Shown piece by piece: positions 12,097-22,540 of a DNA stretch of 64,000 bases. Within the stretch, counting starts at the first letter, position 1. Each line of letters opens with the position of its first letter. This DNA comes from Wickerhamiella versatilis (lineage: Eukaryota): NCBI GenBank assembly GCA_030867685.1, contig JAQOWU010000008.1, positions 1,860,001 to 1,924,000 of the forward strand. Direction: 5' to 3'. Made by a program: the position numbers and the translations under genes. A model generated the notes under the pieces. The model saw nothing but the letters and a program-made list of their open reading frames with translations. It searched no databases and was not told the origin of the DNA.

Positions 12097-12861
12097 ATGA
12101 GAGTTTTTCGCGATGAATTTCGCGTGCTACGGAGGCGGTATCGCCCTACAAAATTCCCGATAGTATTGTGTCACGGGCTGTTCGGATTTGATAAGGTTGC
12201 TGGGTTTTCTTATTGGAATGGCATCAAGGAATACCTGGAGCGCTATGGGGCCACAGTAATTTCCGACTCGGTCCCGCCGTTGGGTTCTATTGGGTCACGT
12301 GCAGAGCAACTAAAATCGTTATTGGAGCGGAAAGGATCCCAGCCAGTTAATTTAATTGCACATTCTATGGGTGGGTTAGACGCTCGTTATTATATTAGCA
12401 TGTCACCAAATGCACCAGTCGCTTCATTGACAACTATAAGTACTCCACATCATGGATCGACCATAGCAGACGTTTTTCAGGGGTGGTCCAAGAGCCTACC
12501 TCCTCAATTGGGTGCATTTTCAGAGCTTACCACTGAATACATGGAGAAGGAGTTCAATCCGAGGATACGGGACCGGCCGGGGGTGTCCTACATAAGCTAC
12601 GGTGCACAGTTCTTGCCTACCAGAACATCCCCCCTATATCTTCCCTGGAAATTCCTAAATGGGACAGACGGGGCTAATGATGGAGTAGTGAGCGTGAAGA
12701 GTTCTCACTGGGGGTCCTATCAAGGGACGCTGGAGGGCTGCGATCATTGGGATCTGGTTAATTTCACTTTTCACAGAAGAACGCAAGCGAATGAGCCCGG
12801 ATTTTTTGCACCAGCCATGTATTTACATGTCATGGACTCTTTGGCTGACATGGGATTTTAA
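12097..12861 (+). CDS. TGL2: Triacylglycerol lipase, Tgl2-like alpha/beta hydrolase
   Basis: PIVLCHGLFGFD, AHSMGGLDARY nucleophile elbow, TPHHGS, NDGVVSV, DHWDLVN. Confidence 0.9.
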   Translation: MRVFRDEFRVLRRRYRPTKFPIVLCHGLFGFDKVAGFSYWNGIKEYLERYGATVISDSVPPLGSIGSRAEQLKSLLERKGSQPVNLIAHSMGGLDARYYISMSPNAPVASLTTISTPHHGSTIADVFQGWSKSLPPQLGAFSELTTEYMEKEFNPRIRDRPGVSYISYGAQFLPTRTSPLYLPWKFLNGTDGANDGVVSVKSSHWGSYQGTLEGCDHWDLVNFTFHRRTQANEPGFFAPAMYLHVMDSLADMGF

Positions 12862-12916
12862 CCTTTGGCTTTGATTTCAAACTCAGATCTCGCGGGTAAG
12901 GGTTTGTTATGCTCGC

Positions 12917-14077
12917 ATGTCAGCAAACTGCACTGTGGAAATAGATAGCGAAAATGAATGGTTTACAGCGGGTGACAGAATGGCTGGTACCGTTCAGATA
13001 AACCTTATGAGAGCTACAGCCGTGAAGACAATATCTATAGGCCTTTTTTGTGAGCTGTTTGCCTCCTTGACAAGAGTGGATGATAATGGGCACAAGTGGA
13101 CTGACTCCGAAACCATCTCAAGAAATATGTGCGAGGAGTGGAAGCAACTATTTCCAGCGAAGTCATTGACAGGAACGCAGTACACACTCAACGCAGGACT
13201 GGCGAAATTCCCTTTTTTCTTCACGCTACCTCGTACTAGCAAGGACAATAATCATATGTTGCCACCGAGTCTCTCTGACGTTAATGACGACATAATTATC
13301 AGGTATTTCCTCAAAGTAAAGATCAAGAAGCCTAATTCCCTAACAAGCTCTTACTGGAAACCCTTCATATATCTTCCAGTGGATCCTAACCTGGATTTCT
13401 TGCCAGCGTTTGCAACTAAGAAAACGCATGCAAGCAAATTTCCCAAGAAAAACACGATGAAGAGCATTATTGGGCGTATCAACAGACTGACTCAGGATGT
13501 GACATCTGCTTGCGATGCAACATTCACCCTTCGTTGCGAGACTCTCTTAACCCCGGCCGTGAAATTTGCTCTGCTCATAAGTGCAAATAATAAGTCTGAG
13601 TCTTCGAGCATACACGTCAATGAAATATGCGTGACCTTGATAAGTCGAACTGAGACGACGGTAAAAAATATCCAAAAAGTCGCGGAGAAGCAACTGGAGC
13701 TTTTTCATCAACGACAAATGAATATCGAGGTACCTACTGCAAATGATAATATGGCCAAGTTAATATCTGAGTGCGGCTTAACCTTACCTGATACAGTTCC
13801 TCCCACTTTTGCAACAAATGAAATAAAGAGAAGCTATGCGCTTGATGCGAAAATTGGGTTCAAGTGTAATGGTTCTTCCTCGACTCATACATCCCATCTT
13901 GTCCAAAAAGTTTGGGTCTGCTCCGGTGTGAGCTCTGAGGATTATGGGGAAATGCTACCAGCATACGAGGAGTACCTAAATGTAGAGGTACCATTGTCAA
14001 GACCCACCAGAAAGTTTCCGCAATTACGGAGGTACTATAATGAGCGAAGCTTGACTTGGATGGCCGCACCAAATTAA
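12917..14077 (+). CDS. Arrestin-fold protein (Art10-like alpha-arrestin)
   Basis: FTAGDRMAGTVQI, FPFFFTLP, LPPS, IRYFLKV, VPPTF arrestin N/C motifs; LPAY PY-like motif. Confidence 0.7.
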   Translation: MSANCTVEIDSENEWFTAGDRMAGTVQINLMRATAVKTISIGLFCELFASLTRVDDNGHKWTDSETISRNMCEEWKQLFPAKSLTGTQYTLNAGLAKFPFFFTLPRTSKDNNHMLPPSLSDVNDDIIIRYFLKVKIKKPNSLTSSYWKPFIYLPVDPNLDFLPAFATKKTHASKFPKKNTMKSIIGRINRLTQDVTSACDATFTLRCETLLTPAVKFALLISANNKSESSSIHVNEICVTLISRTETTVKNIQKVAEKQLELFHQRQMNIEVPTANDNMAKLISECGLTLPDTVPPTFATNEIKRSYALDAKIGFKCNGSSSTHTSHLVQKVWVCSGVSSEDYGEMLPAYEEYLNVEVPLSRPTRKFPQLRRYYNERSLTWMAAPN

Positions 14078-14184
14078 TCTGGTTCACCACGCATCACATT
14101 ACTACTCATGACCGATTATCTTAATTATCTTATTTTTATTTACAGCAACATTGATACTTAATTTTATAGACAATGAATTTTCGA

Positions 14185-14703
14185 CTACAATGTTAGTTCC
14201 TTGTACCACTTGGGTTCGATAGCAAGCAGCTTGGCTTTCATTGTAGGATTTGCCAAGTCGGCCAGCGACATCTCGTCATTCACAACGTAGGTGGCAGCCT
14301 CAACCCATACCTTCCGGCCAATTACTTCACTAGTACGTGCATGAACAAGTACCTTTGAGTTGGCTGGAGATGGTGCGCAATAGTCAATGTTCAAATTAGC
14401 CGTCACACCTACCTTATGCGGCAACATGGCAAAGCCACAAAAGCACATCGTTTCATCGAGAAGCGTGGCTAGTGCACCCCCATGCAAAACATTATGGTGG
14501 CCAGTGAGGCGAGAACCCATTTCAAATATAACATATATTTCGTTGAAATCTTCCCCCAATTTCTGGAATAATGGCGGGTCTGGCGTAATGCAACCCTCAC
14601 TGGTCATTAAAAGACCATACATGAGATCAGTGCGGCCTATATCAAGGTATTTAAGCTCACGGTATTCCCCTTTGCCCAGTAAATCTTGAACAATTCGGCT
14701 CAT
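14185..14703 (-). CDS. Hotdog-fold acyl-CoA thioesterase (PaaI/THEM4-like)
   Basis: GHHNVLHGGALATLLDE, GVTANLNIDY, GRKVWV. Confidence 0.88.
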   Translation of the reverse strand: MSRIVQDLLGKGEYRELKYLDIGRTDLMYGLLMTSEGCITPDPPLFQKLGEDFNEIYVIFEMGSRLTGHHNVLHGGALATLLDETMCFCGFAMLPHKVGVTANLNIDYCAPSPANSKVLVHARTSEVIGRKVWVEAATYVVNDEMSLADLANPTMKAKLLAIEPKWYKELTL

Positions 14704-15486
14704 AGCTAGAATCGGGCCGCTGGTCCTATTTACCTGAGTAATCGCAAGGGAATACGTAATTAAACAAGACCAGATTGACCCGGTTGAGGACCAATTTCTT
14801 TTGTCAATAATAATATGGAATATAAGTTATAATACCTGAATCATGAAAAAAAAAGGTCTAGACAAACTGTATTCATATTGTGTCTTCTGCTGGATGTCAG
14901 AGAAAAACAGATTTAGGAATGAGGGGGATTGTATCAGTATTTTATAGCATGGCGGAGAAATACCAAACACTTGTGTAGCAAAGTATGTATCTACCTCATA
15001 TATATCGCAAGCATAATATAATCGGCAACTAAATTTGTGCATAACCGGTGGTGTGGGGTGGCTGGGTTGGACTGGACTGGGCTTGGTTTGCTAAGAAAGG
15101 TACGAGTCATCCGTAGTTTGCACCATGGTGAACGCTGCTGCACTGGATAAGCAACAAAATCGATACATAAAGATAGAAATAGTATAGAAGGTTATGCTCA
15201 AAACAGAAAAACAAGGCGCAGGGTGGCAATCAACTAAAAATAGAACATTTATACATGTGTGTGTTGTATGAAGCGAGAAGAAGTTCCAATATAACTGTCT
15301 CACTCAATAAATCCCCGTTGATCACCTCATGATAGTGGAATTTGACGCGTGCAGATTTGCGACACGTGAACGTAAGCATCACGCGCATCTTTATCAGCAA
15401 ATTGTGAGCTCTTATCAAATGCTAACTAACTCTGGTCGTCATCCCTGCGCCTACCACACTGAGCTTTTCAGCCACTTTTTGAAATA

Positions 15487-17193
15487 ATGGGTTGGCGAGT
15501 AGGAGCGTCAGTCTTGTGTTTCTTATTGTTTGTGGCATTTGGATTACAGTTGATAGGATGCGTTTCTGTACCTGCCACGAAGCCTATTTTTATGGCTGAT
15601 CGCGACGGTTATAAGTACGGTGTCTGGGGAACTTGTAAGTCAGATGGAAGTGATTGCAGTTCAGTTGGTATTGGATATACGCTGCACAATGAAGACAGTT
15701 GGTACCTTGGCTCCTCATCACAAAAGATTTTAACAAAGCTGCTTCTAGTGCATACAATCGCTGCAGGTATATTGCTTATTACCTGGATAATGAGTTTTGG
15801 GCTATTAAAGCGCAACAGGGGCTTTGTGATCACGATGATTGTGGCCACTCTAATTAGTTTTATTGGTGTACTCTTCTCTTTTATTGTGGAAATACTGTTG
15901 TTCAGGGAACATCTTAAATGGCCTGGATACCTCAGTGTTGGCTCCATAGTACTTACAATCTTCGCATTTATCGGCCTTATGGTGATGTCACGCCGTAGTA
16001 AGGATGACTCGCGTGGTGAGATTGTAGTGGGTCCTTTTGGTGGCGACCAAGAAGAAGAAAAACTTATTAAACCGTCAAAGTTTGTACCGCCCGCAAGGCA
16101 GCAGGCACCTCCACTGGCCCTCAATTCATTGGGGTCAGGAGACACTAAGAAACCGTCGCCTCAGCCTAGAACGGTACCGCGAACGCAATATTCCTCCAGT
16201 GACCTAGCTGCACAACGTGAGAATAAACCTTCACAGCGAGTTGAGCAGACAACAGCAGACTCGCAGCTACCGCGACCAAACGGGCGCCAGAAGATGCCGG
16301 TGGGGCCTCAACCGCGGTCAGAGGGCACCCAGAACCCTCGTACGTTCCCTGGCGACAGGAATGAGACACCAGGGGGTCCACGTATTCCTGCGGGGGCTCC
16401 AGTCCCAGGAATGGATGATGATCGTCCCTACAGTGCCAGTGTCATAAGTGCTTATGCTTCGCGACCCGACCCTTCAACCCCTAACAGGGCTGAGGAAACG
16501 CCCCAGGCCCGAGCAACTCCAGAAGGACGACCGATTTACGGTGTTACGCATAGTGATTCTCAGCATGCAATGATAGACTACATGGGTGATAATGCTGCTG
16601 CCAATAATGATGGACCGGGAGCCCGCCGTATCCAAAGACCCCCTAACAGACCAGAAACACGCCAAGTTAGGCCGTACCAAGCTCAACTACAACCTCCAGT
16701 TGAACCTATTCCTGAAACACAGCCTATGGATGAAGAAGGCCAGACGCCTCTGGACTGGTATTTGTCAAATCCGCCCCAGCACGGCCAGAACGCATACTTT
16801 GAACCGCCGGTCACACAGTATGCGTATAATGTACCACCCTCTCCAGAGGGATCCGAGGGATCTCACTACACATCTATCAGCCAGCGTGCTCCACCTATGC
16901 CAATGGTCATGGGACCGATGATGCCGCCAGCAGGCGCACAGCCAATGTTCTCGAGTTATCCTGCACCTGTCATGGCACCACCAATGCAGGCGATGGCGCC
17001 ACCACCAATGCCGGGTATGGCACCGGGTATGGCACCAGGCATGGCACCGGGCATGGCACCGGGCATGGCACCAGCACAAGGGCCGCCAAAACCTTCGAAG
17101 CCCAATCGCTCAGAGCTGGCTCTTGACACAAACCCAGATTTCAGCATAGGCCCTGTTGGGCGTAGACGTCGCCCTGGTGGCGGTTTTGCTTAG
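15487..17193 (+). CDS. SUR7/PalI/Rim9 family membrane protein with long Pro/Gln-rich tail
   Basis: CVSVP, YGVWGTC...CSSVGIGY, four hydrophobic segments, then low-complexity C-terminus. Confidence 0.85.
   Translation: MGWRVGASVLCFLLFVAFGLQLIGCVSVPATKPIFMADRDGYKYGVWGTCKSDGSDCSSVGIGYTLHNEDSWYLGSSSQKILTKLLLVHTIAAGILLITWIMSFGLLKRNRGFVITMIVATLISFIGVLFSFIVEILLFREHLKWPGYLSVGSIVLTIFAFIGLMVMSRRSKDDSRGEIVVGPFGGDQEEEKLIKPSKFVPPARQQAPPLALNSLGSGDTKKPSPQPRTVPRTQYSSSDLAAQRENKPSQRVEQTTADSQLPRPNGRQKMPVGPQPRSEGTQNPRTFPGDRNETPGGPRIPAGAPVPGMDDDRPYSASVISAYASRPDPSTPNRAEETPQARATPEGRPIYGVTHSDSQHAMIDYMGDNAAANNDGPGARRIQRPPNRPETRQVRPYQAQLQPPVEPIPETQPMDEEGQTPLDWYLSNPPQHGQNAYFEPPVTQYAYNVPPSPEGSEGSHYTSISQRAPPMPMVMGPMMPPAGAQPMFSSYPAPVMAPPMQAMAPPPMPGMAPGMAPGMAPGMAPGMAPAQGPPKPSKPNRSELALDTNPDFSIGPVGRRRRPGGGFA
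17014..17073 (+). repeat. Coding 12-bp tandem repeat (GMAP)x5
   Basis: GGYATGGCACCR x5 in the PalI-like C-terminal tail. Confidence 0.95.
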
Positions 17194-17335
17194 AAGTTTT
17201 CTCCTAGTATCTAATTATTTAAATCTATGGTTCTCATTCTCAATTAGTTTGCCCCGGGATTCGGCCAATCCACACTGCTTGGTCACCTTCCTGACTAAGC
17301 ATAAGGTTCTAACCTATCAAGCCTAAGGCAAAGTA

Positions 17336-17797
17336 ATGCTCAGTCGTTCAGTGCGCACCGGTCTTGCTCGCCCGGTGTCTAGAATAGCGCTGCCTAGGCG
17401 TTTCCAGAGTACAGAGAAGTATGACTTTGACCAAGACTCGCGGATGATTGGGCCATATCCTCATGTCAAGTTTGAGTACTATAACCATCGTCCCCAGGAC
17501 ATTAAGTATGATGATCAGCAGGGTCGCCGTAATCTAGGAGAGCCACTTCACCACCAGTATGATCTGATTGATGTCTGGTCGCCTGACCATTTCGATCAAC
17601 GGCCTGACTCTACCGCCTTCCGGTGGACACTCTACTTCGCGGGAATTATTTCCGCTTTCTCATACTACTGTTATTATACATGGGAAGATCCGAAGTTTGT
17701 TCGCAGGGAGTACCCGTATGATGGCCTTAACAAGGCTCTCGGTGGCGAAGATCACACTAAGGAGTTGTTCCAGGCCCGGCCTGATGTTGGAAAATAA
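17336..17797 (+). CDS. NADH:ubiquinone oxidoreductase accessory subunit NDUFB8/ASHI
   Basis: Mitochondrial presequence, YDDQQGRRNLGEPLH, WSPD, single TM, REYPYDGLNKALGG. Confidence 0.88.
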   Translation: MLSRSVRTGLARPVSRIALPRRFQSTEKYDFDQDSRMIGPYPHVKFEYYNHRPQDIKYDDQQGRRNLGEPLHHQYDLIDVWSPDHFDQRPDSTAFRWTLYFAGIISAFSYYCYYTWEDPKFVRREYPYDGLNKALGGEDHTKELFQARPDVGK

Positions 17798-17953
17798 ATT
17801 ACTTAGTCTTACACTTGCGTGAATCCTCTAAACTATATATGTATAGGTTCTTTCTTCCCTAAATGCTTTAGAGGCAGGTATTACTGAATACAATAGCCAT
17901 CCTGCTCCTCTTCCGTGAACCCAATGCAATTGAATTTTACGACAAATTTACCG

Positions 17954-18364
17954 CTACCAGACTCGGCATGTTTCCACTAGGCGGGTTATTGTCAGAAGTT
18001 CTTCTCTGTCTGCTTTGGAAGGGGTCTTCTCCGGCCCTATTGAGCTTGCTAGAGCTATAAACACACCACGGTTATCGTCAGTGCTTTGCCGGTTGATCAT
18101 CGAAGCAAGGATAGAGGCATATAACTGTCCATTGGAGTCATTAAAATTTGTTCCAATTAAAGGTCTGGGGGAAATTGACGGCAGAACAAGATCATCTGAG
18201 GAAACAAGTCCACCAGGCTGAGGGTACAACTGACACCAAAATGCTTTTCCAAGCCTTGCATTCTTGTAGACGAAAATAGAAATAACGTCTACGTAAGCCT
18301 CAGCAATAACAAAATATTCATCTTTGCCAGATTCACTTCTACCAGCAGCTGTTCGCCGTCGCAT
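17954..18364 (-). CDS. Probable proteasome assembly chaperone 3 (PAC3/Irc25-like)
   Basis: AYVDVISIFV..NARLG, PRPLIG, LYASILASMI, VFIAL pattern resembles fungal PAC3. Confidence 0.6.
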   Translation of the reverse strand: MRRRTAAGRSESGKDEYFVIAEAYVDVISIFVYKNARLGKAFWCQLYPQPGGLVSSDDLVLPSISPRPLIGTNFNDSNGQLYASILASMINRQSTDDNRGVFIALASSIGPEKTPSKADREELLTITRLVETCRVW

Positions 18365-18408
18365 CCCTCCTTATTTTCTCAGGCCTGGTTTGTAATCAAC
18401 TAGTCTGA

Positions 18409-18822
18409 ATGAGCAGTGCAAGGGCAGGCCCGGGTGCTCACCAGCGCGAAAGGACTCAACTTTTTGCAAATGCCAGGCCCCTTGCATCACGTAGTGGCAC
18501 TCCTATTGGGAGAGAGCCAACCCCCAGTTTCAATGATAGCGTTTTGAACCAGCTCGAGCAACAGCATGATGATCAGATTGATGGACTAAGTGCCAAGGTG
18601 CGGGTGCTGAGAGACCTGTCTGTGCGTATAGGTGACGAAGTAAGAGATTCTTCAAGTCTTCTGCAGACTATGGAGGGTGGATTTGAGACTGCGCGAACCT
18701 CTGTTAAAAATGTCATGACTCGCATGATTCGGACTGCGGATCAGTCTGGTATAAGTTGGCGTTCTTGGCTAGGCTTTTTTGCCATCATCGCATTATGTTT
18801 CTGGTTTGTTCTATGGCTCTAA
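18409..18822 (+). CDS. BET1: ER-Golgi Qc-SNARE Bet1
   Basis: RTQLF, LEQQHDDQIDGLSAKVRVLRDLSVRIGDEVR SNARE motif, C-terminal TM. Confidence 0.9.
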   Translation: MSSARAGPGAHQRERTQLFANARPLASRSGTPIGREPTPSFNDSVLNQLEQQHDDQIDGLSAKVRVLRDLSVRIGDEVRDSSSLLQTMEGGFETARTSVKNVMTRMIRTADQSGISWRSWLGFFAIIALCFWFVLWL

Positions 18823-19329
18823 ACTGGGTGCTAAAGTTTTGGCAAGTTTGCCTAGATAAGTTGCATCTACCTCGTCAAAACCTTGAGGATCTAGACAGTC
18901 AATGTCGATCACGGCCAAGACTTCCTGATGATTTTTGGAACTAATAATTGGCACCACAATCTCGCTTTGAGTCTCACTGTCACAAGCAATATGATTCGGA
19001 TGGCTGTTGACGTCGTCCACAAGCTGTACCTCTCGCGTTAGAGCTGCAGTTCCACATACACCGCTACCCACGGGTATTTCTTGACATGCTACTTTGCCCA
19101 TGAAGGGTCCCAGAATGAGTTTAGGTTCTCCAGTTTGCATAGTATAGAACCCTGCCCAATTGACCCGAATTCCTTGGCTCTGAAAATGATGCCATAGTAA
19201 TGATGCTGCATTAGAAAGGTTTGGGACCCAGAAAGGCGTGAGGAGGCCTTCCATGGATAGGAGAAGGGAATTATAGGACTCAGATTTGCTCAGTCCAGCT
19301 GAAAAGTTTGCGCTATCGGCGTGGACCAT
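18811..19329 (-). CDS. Free methionine-(R)-sulfoxide reductase (GAF domain, YKL069W-like)
   Basis: NLSNAASLLW, NWAGFY, LGPFMGKVAC, GVCG, HIACDSETQSEIVVP, IDID. Confidence 0.93.
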   Translation of the reverse strand: MVHADSANFSAGLSKSESYNSLLLSMEGLLTPFWVPNLSNAASLLWHHFQSQGIRVNWAGFYTMQTGEPKLILGPFMGKVACQEIPVGSGVCGTAALTREVQLVDDVNSHPNHIACDSETQSEIVVPIISSKNHQEVLAVIDIDCLDPQGFDEVDATYLGKLAKTLAPSLEP

Positions 19330-19442
19330 AGTGACGTTATATAATCTAGGAATGGTGCAATATGAGAGATGATTACTTCACATAAATAGCTAGCAGAGTC
19401 AAAATCACCATCACTCAGTGCTTTAATTATGCTATCTTATTC

Positions 19443-20741
19443 CTATTCCATGTGGCCACTATAATTTCCCAAACGATATTCCAAATGGACAAATGCTCGC
19501 TCAACAACAGGCATCGTTTCCAATGCATATTGTAGGGCTTCTCCTAAATCGTGACTATCACGCATCGACAGACTTGGGTCAAGGATCAGGTCAACCTCTA
19601 CTATGAGTCTGTCTCCCGCGTGATATGCATTGAGGGCTGTAATGTATTTAATTTTCTCCGAGAAGCGTGTGCATAAATACAAAAGCATTTGTCGTTCCTG
19701 GGGAGTTGCAGCTGCTCCAGTTAAATTATCTATATGCTCCAATGCAGTATTACACCAAGAATAAACCACATAGAGTGACAACAGCAGGGCACCAACAGGA
19801 TCTAGTTGCCATATCCAGAGCCAATAACCAACAACAGGGAAAAGGATCGAGAAGAAGTTAAACTTGACGTCAGTTTCCGCATCCTGGGCTAAGGCCTGAA
19901 TACTTGAGCTTGGTATGGTGCTGCATTTTATCCACAGCACGATCTTTATACCAATTGTCATGGTCATGATTATCAGTGATGGGGAGCCAATTCGAACAGG
20001 GTCCGTTGCACCTTGTAAAAGACCTTCAATTGATTCATCAGCTATCTTGAGGAATGACACAACCATGATCACACTGAATACAAGTACGCCGATAGGCTCA
20101 AGGCGACTTCGTCCCACTGGGAAGGCATGCTTTGTTTTCCAATCGCGCCGATCTGCCATCGATGCACTTATATAGATAATTATTGTAGAGAGCAGATCAA
20201 GCGCAGAATCCACCAGACTTGCGACCACAGATAAAGATGAGGTGAGCCACCAGACCACCAGCTTACCCGCCATTAGCAGCACGTTTGCAATCAGGTTCAC
20301 GTGAATCCAAAAAAGAATCGTTTTAGGGGTGGTGGTAGACCAATTGTCCAGTTTTATCGACCTTGGAGCCACATCTCTTCGTGTCGGGTTTAGCGTACCG
20401 ATATCATCGCCATATTCCTCAATGAGATTTATATGCACGGCACGATTGTCTAAAAGGTCATCCACTTTTTCAAATGCCTCAATTTGTGCATTTTGACGAA
20501 TATAGAACTCGCGAAGAGCTGGTGAACGTATCTTGGAAAGTTTTTCGATGCTAACGAATGCCAATGGCCACTGACAGAGAGGTCGTGACCGACCGATTAG
20601 ACGGTAGGGTCGCAAATGCTGCAATGTGGAAGCACGCTGATGGTGATTCGTAGTGTCTCCCTCTAATTCGTCAACTAGAATTTTGCTGCGCCGCCGTCTT
20701 TCCTCACCAGGCCCAGACATGCTTGTTCTTCGCGGAACCAT
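19443..20741 (-). CDS. Cation diffusion facilitator, Mn-CDF/MTP-like
   Basis: ASLVDSALDLLS (DxxxD), FPVGRSRLEP, AQDAETD, HDLGEALQ..LE..P.VERAFVH. Confidence 0.9.
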   Translation of the reverse strand: MVPRRTSMSGPGEERRRRSKILVDELEGDTTNHHQRASTLQHLRPYRLIGRSRPLCQWPLAFVSIEKLSKIRSPALREFYIRQNAQIEAFEKVDDLLDNRAVHINLIEEYGDDIGTLNPTRRDVAPRSIKLDNWSTTTPKTILFWIHVNLIANVLLMAGKLVVWWLTSSLSVVASLVDSALDLLSTIIIYISASMADRRDWKTKHAFPVGRSRLEPIGVLVFSVIMVVSFLKIADESIEGLLQGATDPVRIGSPSLIIMTMTIGIKIVLWIKCSTIPSSSIQALAQDAETDVKFNFFSILFPVVGYWLWIWQLDPVGALLLSLYVVYSWCNTALEHIDNLTGAAATPQERQMLLYLCTRFSEKIKYITALNAYHAGDRLIVEVDLILDPSLSMRDSHDLGEALQYALETMPVVERAFVHLEYRLGNYSGHME

Positions 20742-20865
20742 CTAGCTTATATAAGTAGTAACCTCAAGTAAAGTATTGTGATAGTGATCGCTAAAATCAA
20801 CGTACAAAATATATTAAGGGAAAAAGATTAGAGCCGGACCCTAAGAAAGGGCACTAAGCATGATA

Positions 20866-22471
20866 TCAGACTGACAGCCGCCAACCGATGTCCGTGGTAA
20901 ATACTCTATCAGCCTCAGCGTTTCTTCGTGGCTCCGTAGGATCCAAGAGAAAGCAGACCTTAATTCCGTCGAGGAGCATGCTTAGGGTATTCTCTGACGC
21001 ACCTGCAATAGTCCATCCGAAGAAAAGGGCTATAGAAGCAACCACATATCCGTACACACTCGCAGAGTCATTCATACGGTCCGCATGAACCCACGCTATC
21101 AATGCCACACTAAGAGAGCAACACATGCGGGCCGCCTTAAGGAACACCTTAGCCAATCGGAATGCAGAATCATCGCTAAACTTAGCAACTTTTGAGGCAG
21201 CCTCTGCCAGAGAGCACCGACAGACCGTAGCTGTGGGCAGGGTGAATGGATCCAGTAGTTTTCCCGAAGATGCATGCACCAGGGAAATAACGACCGAGCT
21301 GAGCCACCTCACGGGCCGAGCTGGGAGAATCAGGAGAGGAAGGCGAATGGCCAACTGCAATAGGGCTGATAGCGCTGCGCTTCCCAATTGTGCCTGATAT
21401 ATGGGCACAGCGAGCCCCATTGGCTCTTGTGCATTATACCACTGACATGCAACTCCAGCAAGCACCTCGCGACTTAATGCACATACAGTGTTCCATGACC
21501 ACATGTACATGAAAGTAAACCAGAACGCAAGAATGATGGAGCTCCCCCCCTCGAGAAATCCCCTGGCTATGAAAAGTGCCCAGAGACCCGACGAGGCTAA
21601 AGCAGCCACTCCAACTCCCAGCGGTACAACCCAGAGGGTAGGGACTTCATTGTATACCCGAGCCACCAGTGCTATTATTTCCGCTGCCCGTCCAACAAGC
21701 TCTCTACGGTGTCTGAGATATGCCACACCTCCTCCTGCCAGCGATAAGGGGATTAAACTCGAACAACGAAGTGCAGCATGGGCTAGACCATGGTGAGGTG
21801 CACTGTGGATACTCATCACCATTGAGTAAATGCCAATGGCAGCCAAAAACCCTGGAATTGCAATTGTACCCATCTGCACCATTGTGCGAGCATGATGAGC
21901 CATAACTCGCAGCCAGACGAAAGCTACCAGCGCTGAGAGACAGCTATACCCAAGTAACGCCTTGGAACTCCGCACCAATAAGGGATACACGCTACTATCC
22001 CGATTTGGGGGAGCTGTTATGGATACCAGTATTGCTGTCGCCAGCGACAGCGCCATGAAAGTCAGATAGGCAACACCTGTTGCAGCCTCCACCTTCGAAG
22101 AGTCATGCCCGGGCTCTTCAACGCCTTGATTTATATTGACAGGTTCCTGGGGCACGCCAACATCCACATCGGGGTCCTGTGGTGGTGGGGGTGGCGAAGC
22201 TACTTGTGATTGCTCATGCCACTGCTGCACATTCTGAGCCCAAAGTGAGTACGCAGGTCGTTCCACATGGAGATCTTCTGGCGGATCTGAACCTGTGCTT
22301 GAATTCATGCTTTCATTAAGGAAATGCTCTGTGTCACTGTCAACTCCACTCAGAGCGCCATCAAAGAGTGGAGCAGGACGCTGTGACTTCGAAAGGAATT
22401 TCGAAGCATCTTATGTTAGCAATTGATCATTCCGCAACCGTTTAATGCGAATACTTACACTCAGAGAACAT
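20866..22471 (-). CDS. Choline-transporter-like (CTL1/PNS1 family) membrane protein; exons 22471-22459 and 22409-20866 (518 aa)
   Basis: Multi-TM CTL-family body; splicing out 22410-22458 gives MFSEYASKFLSKSQ..., in frame with the ORF at 22308 and matching the N-terminus I recall for fungal homologues. Confidence 0.82.
22410..22458 (-). other. Spliceosomal intron, 49 nt, AAG acceptor
   Basis: GTAAGT donor, GCTAAC branch point, then ATAAG; removal restores frame. Confidence 0.85.
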
Positions 22472-22540
22472 CGCGCCTCTTATGGAGAGATGCGATTACA
22501 AATAGAGATACCGCCCCATCTAGGTCTAGTTATTTACACA

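Noticed and set aside
15372-15462. Possible 5'UTR intron upstream of the PalI-like gene (GTAAGC/GTGAGC...GCTAAC)
   Set aside because: No AG close to the branch point, unlike the confident introns
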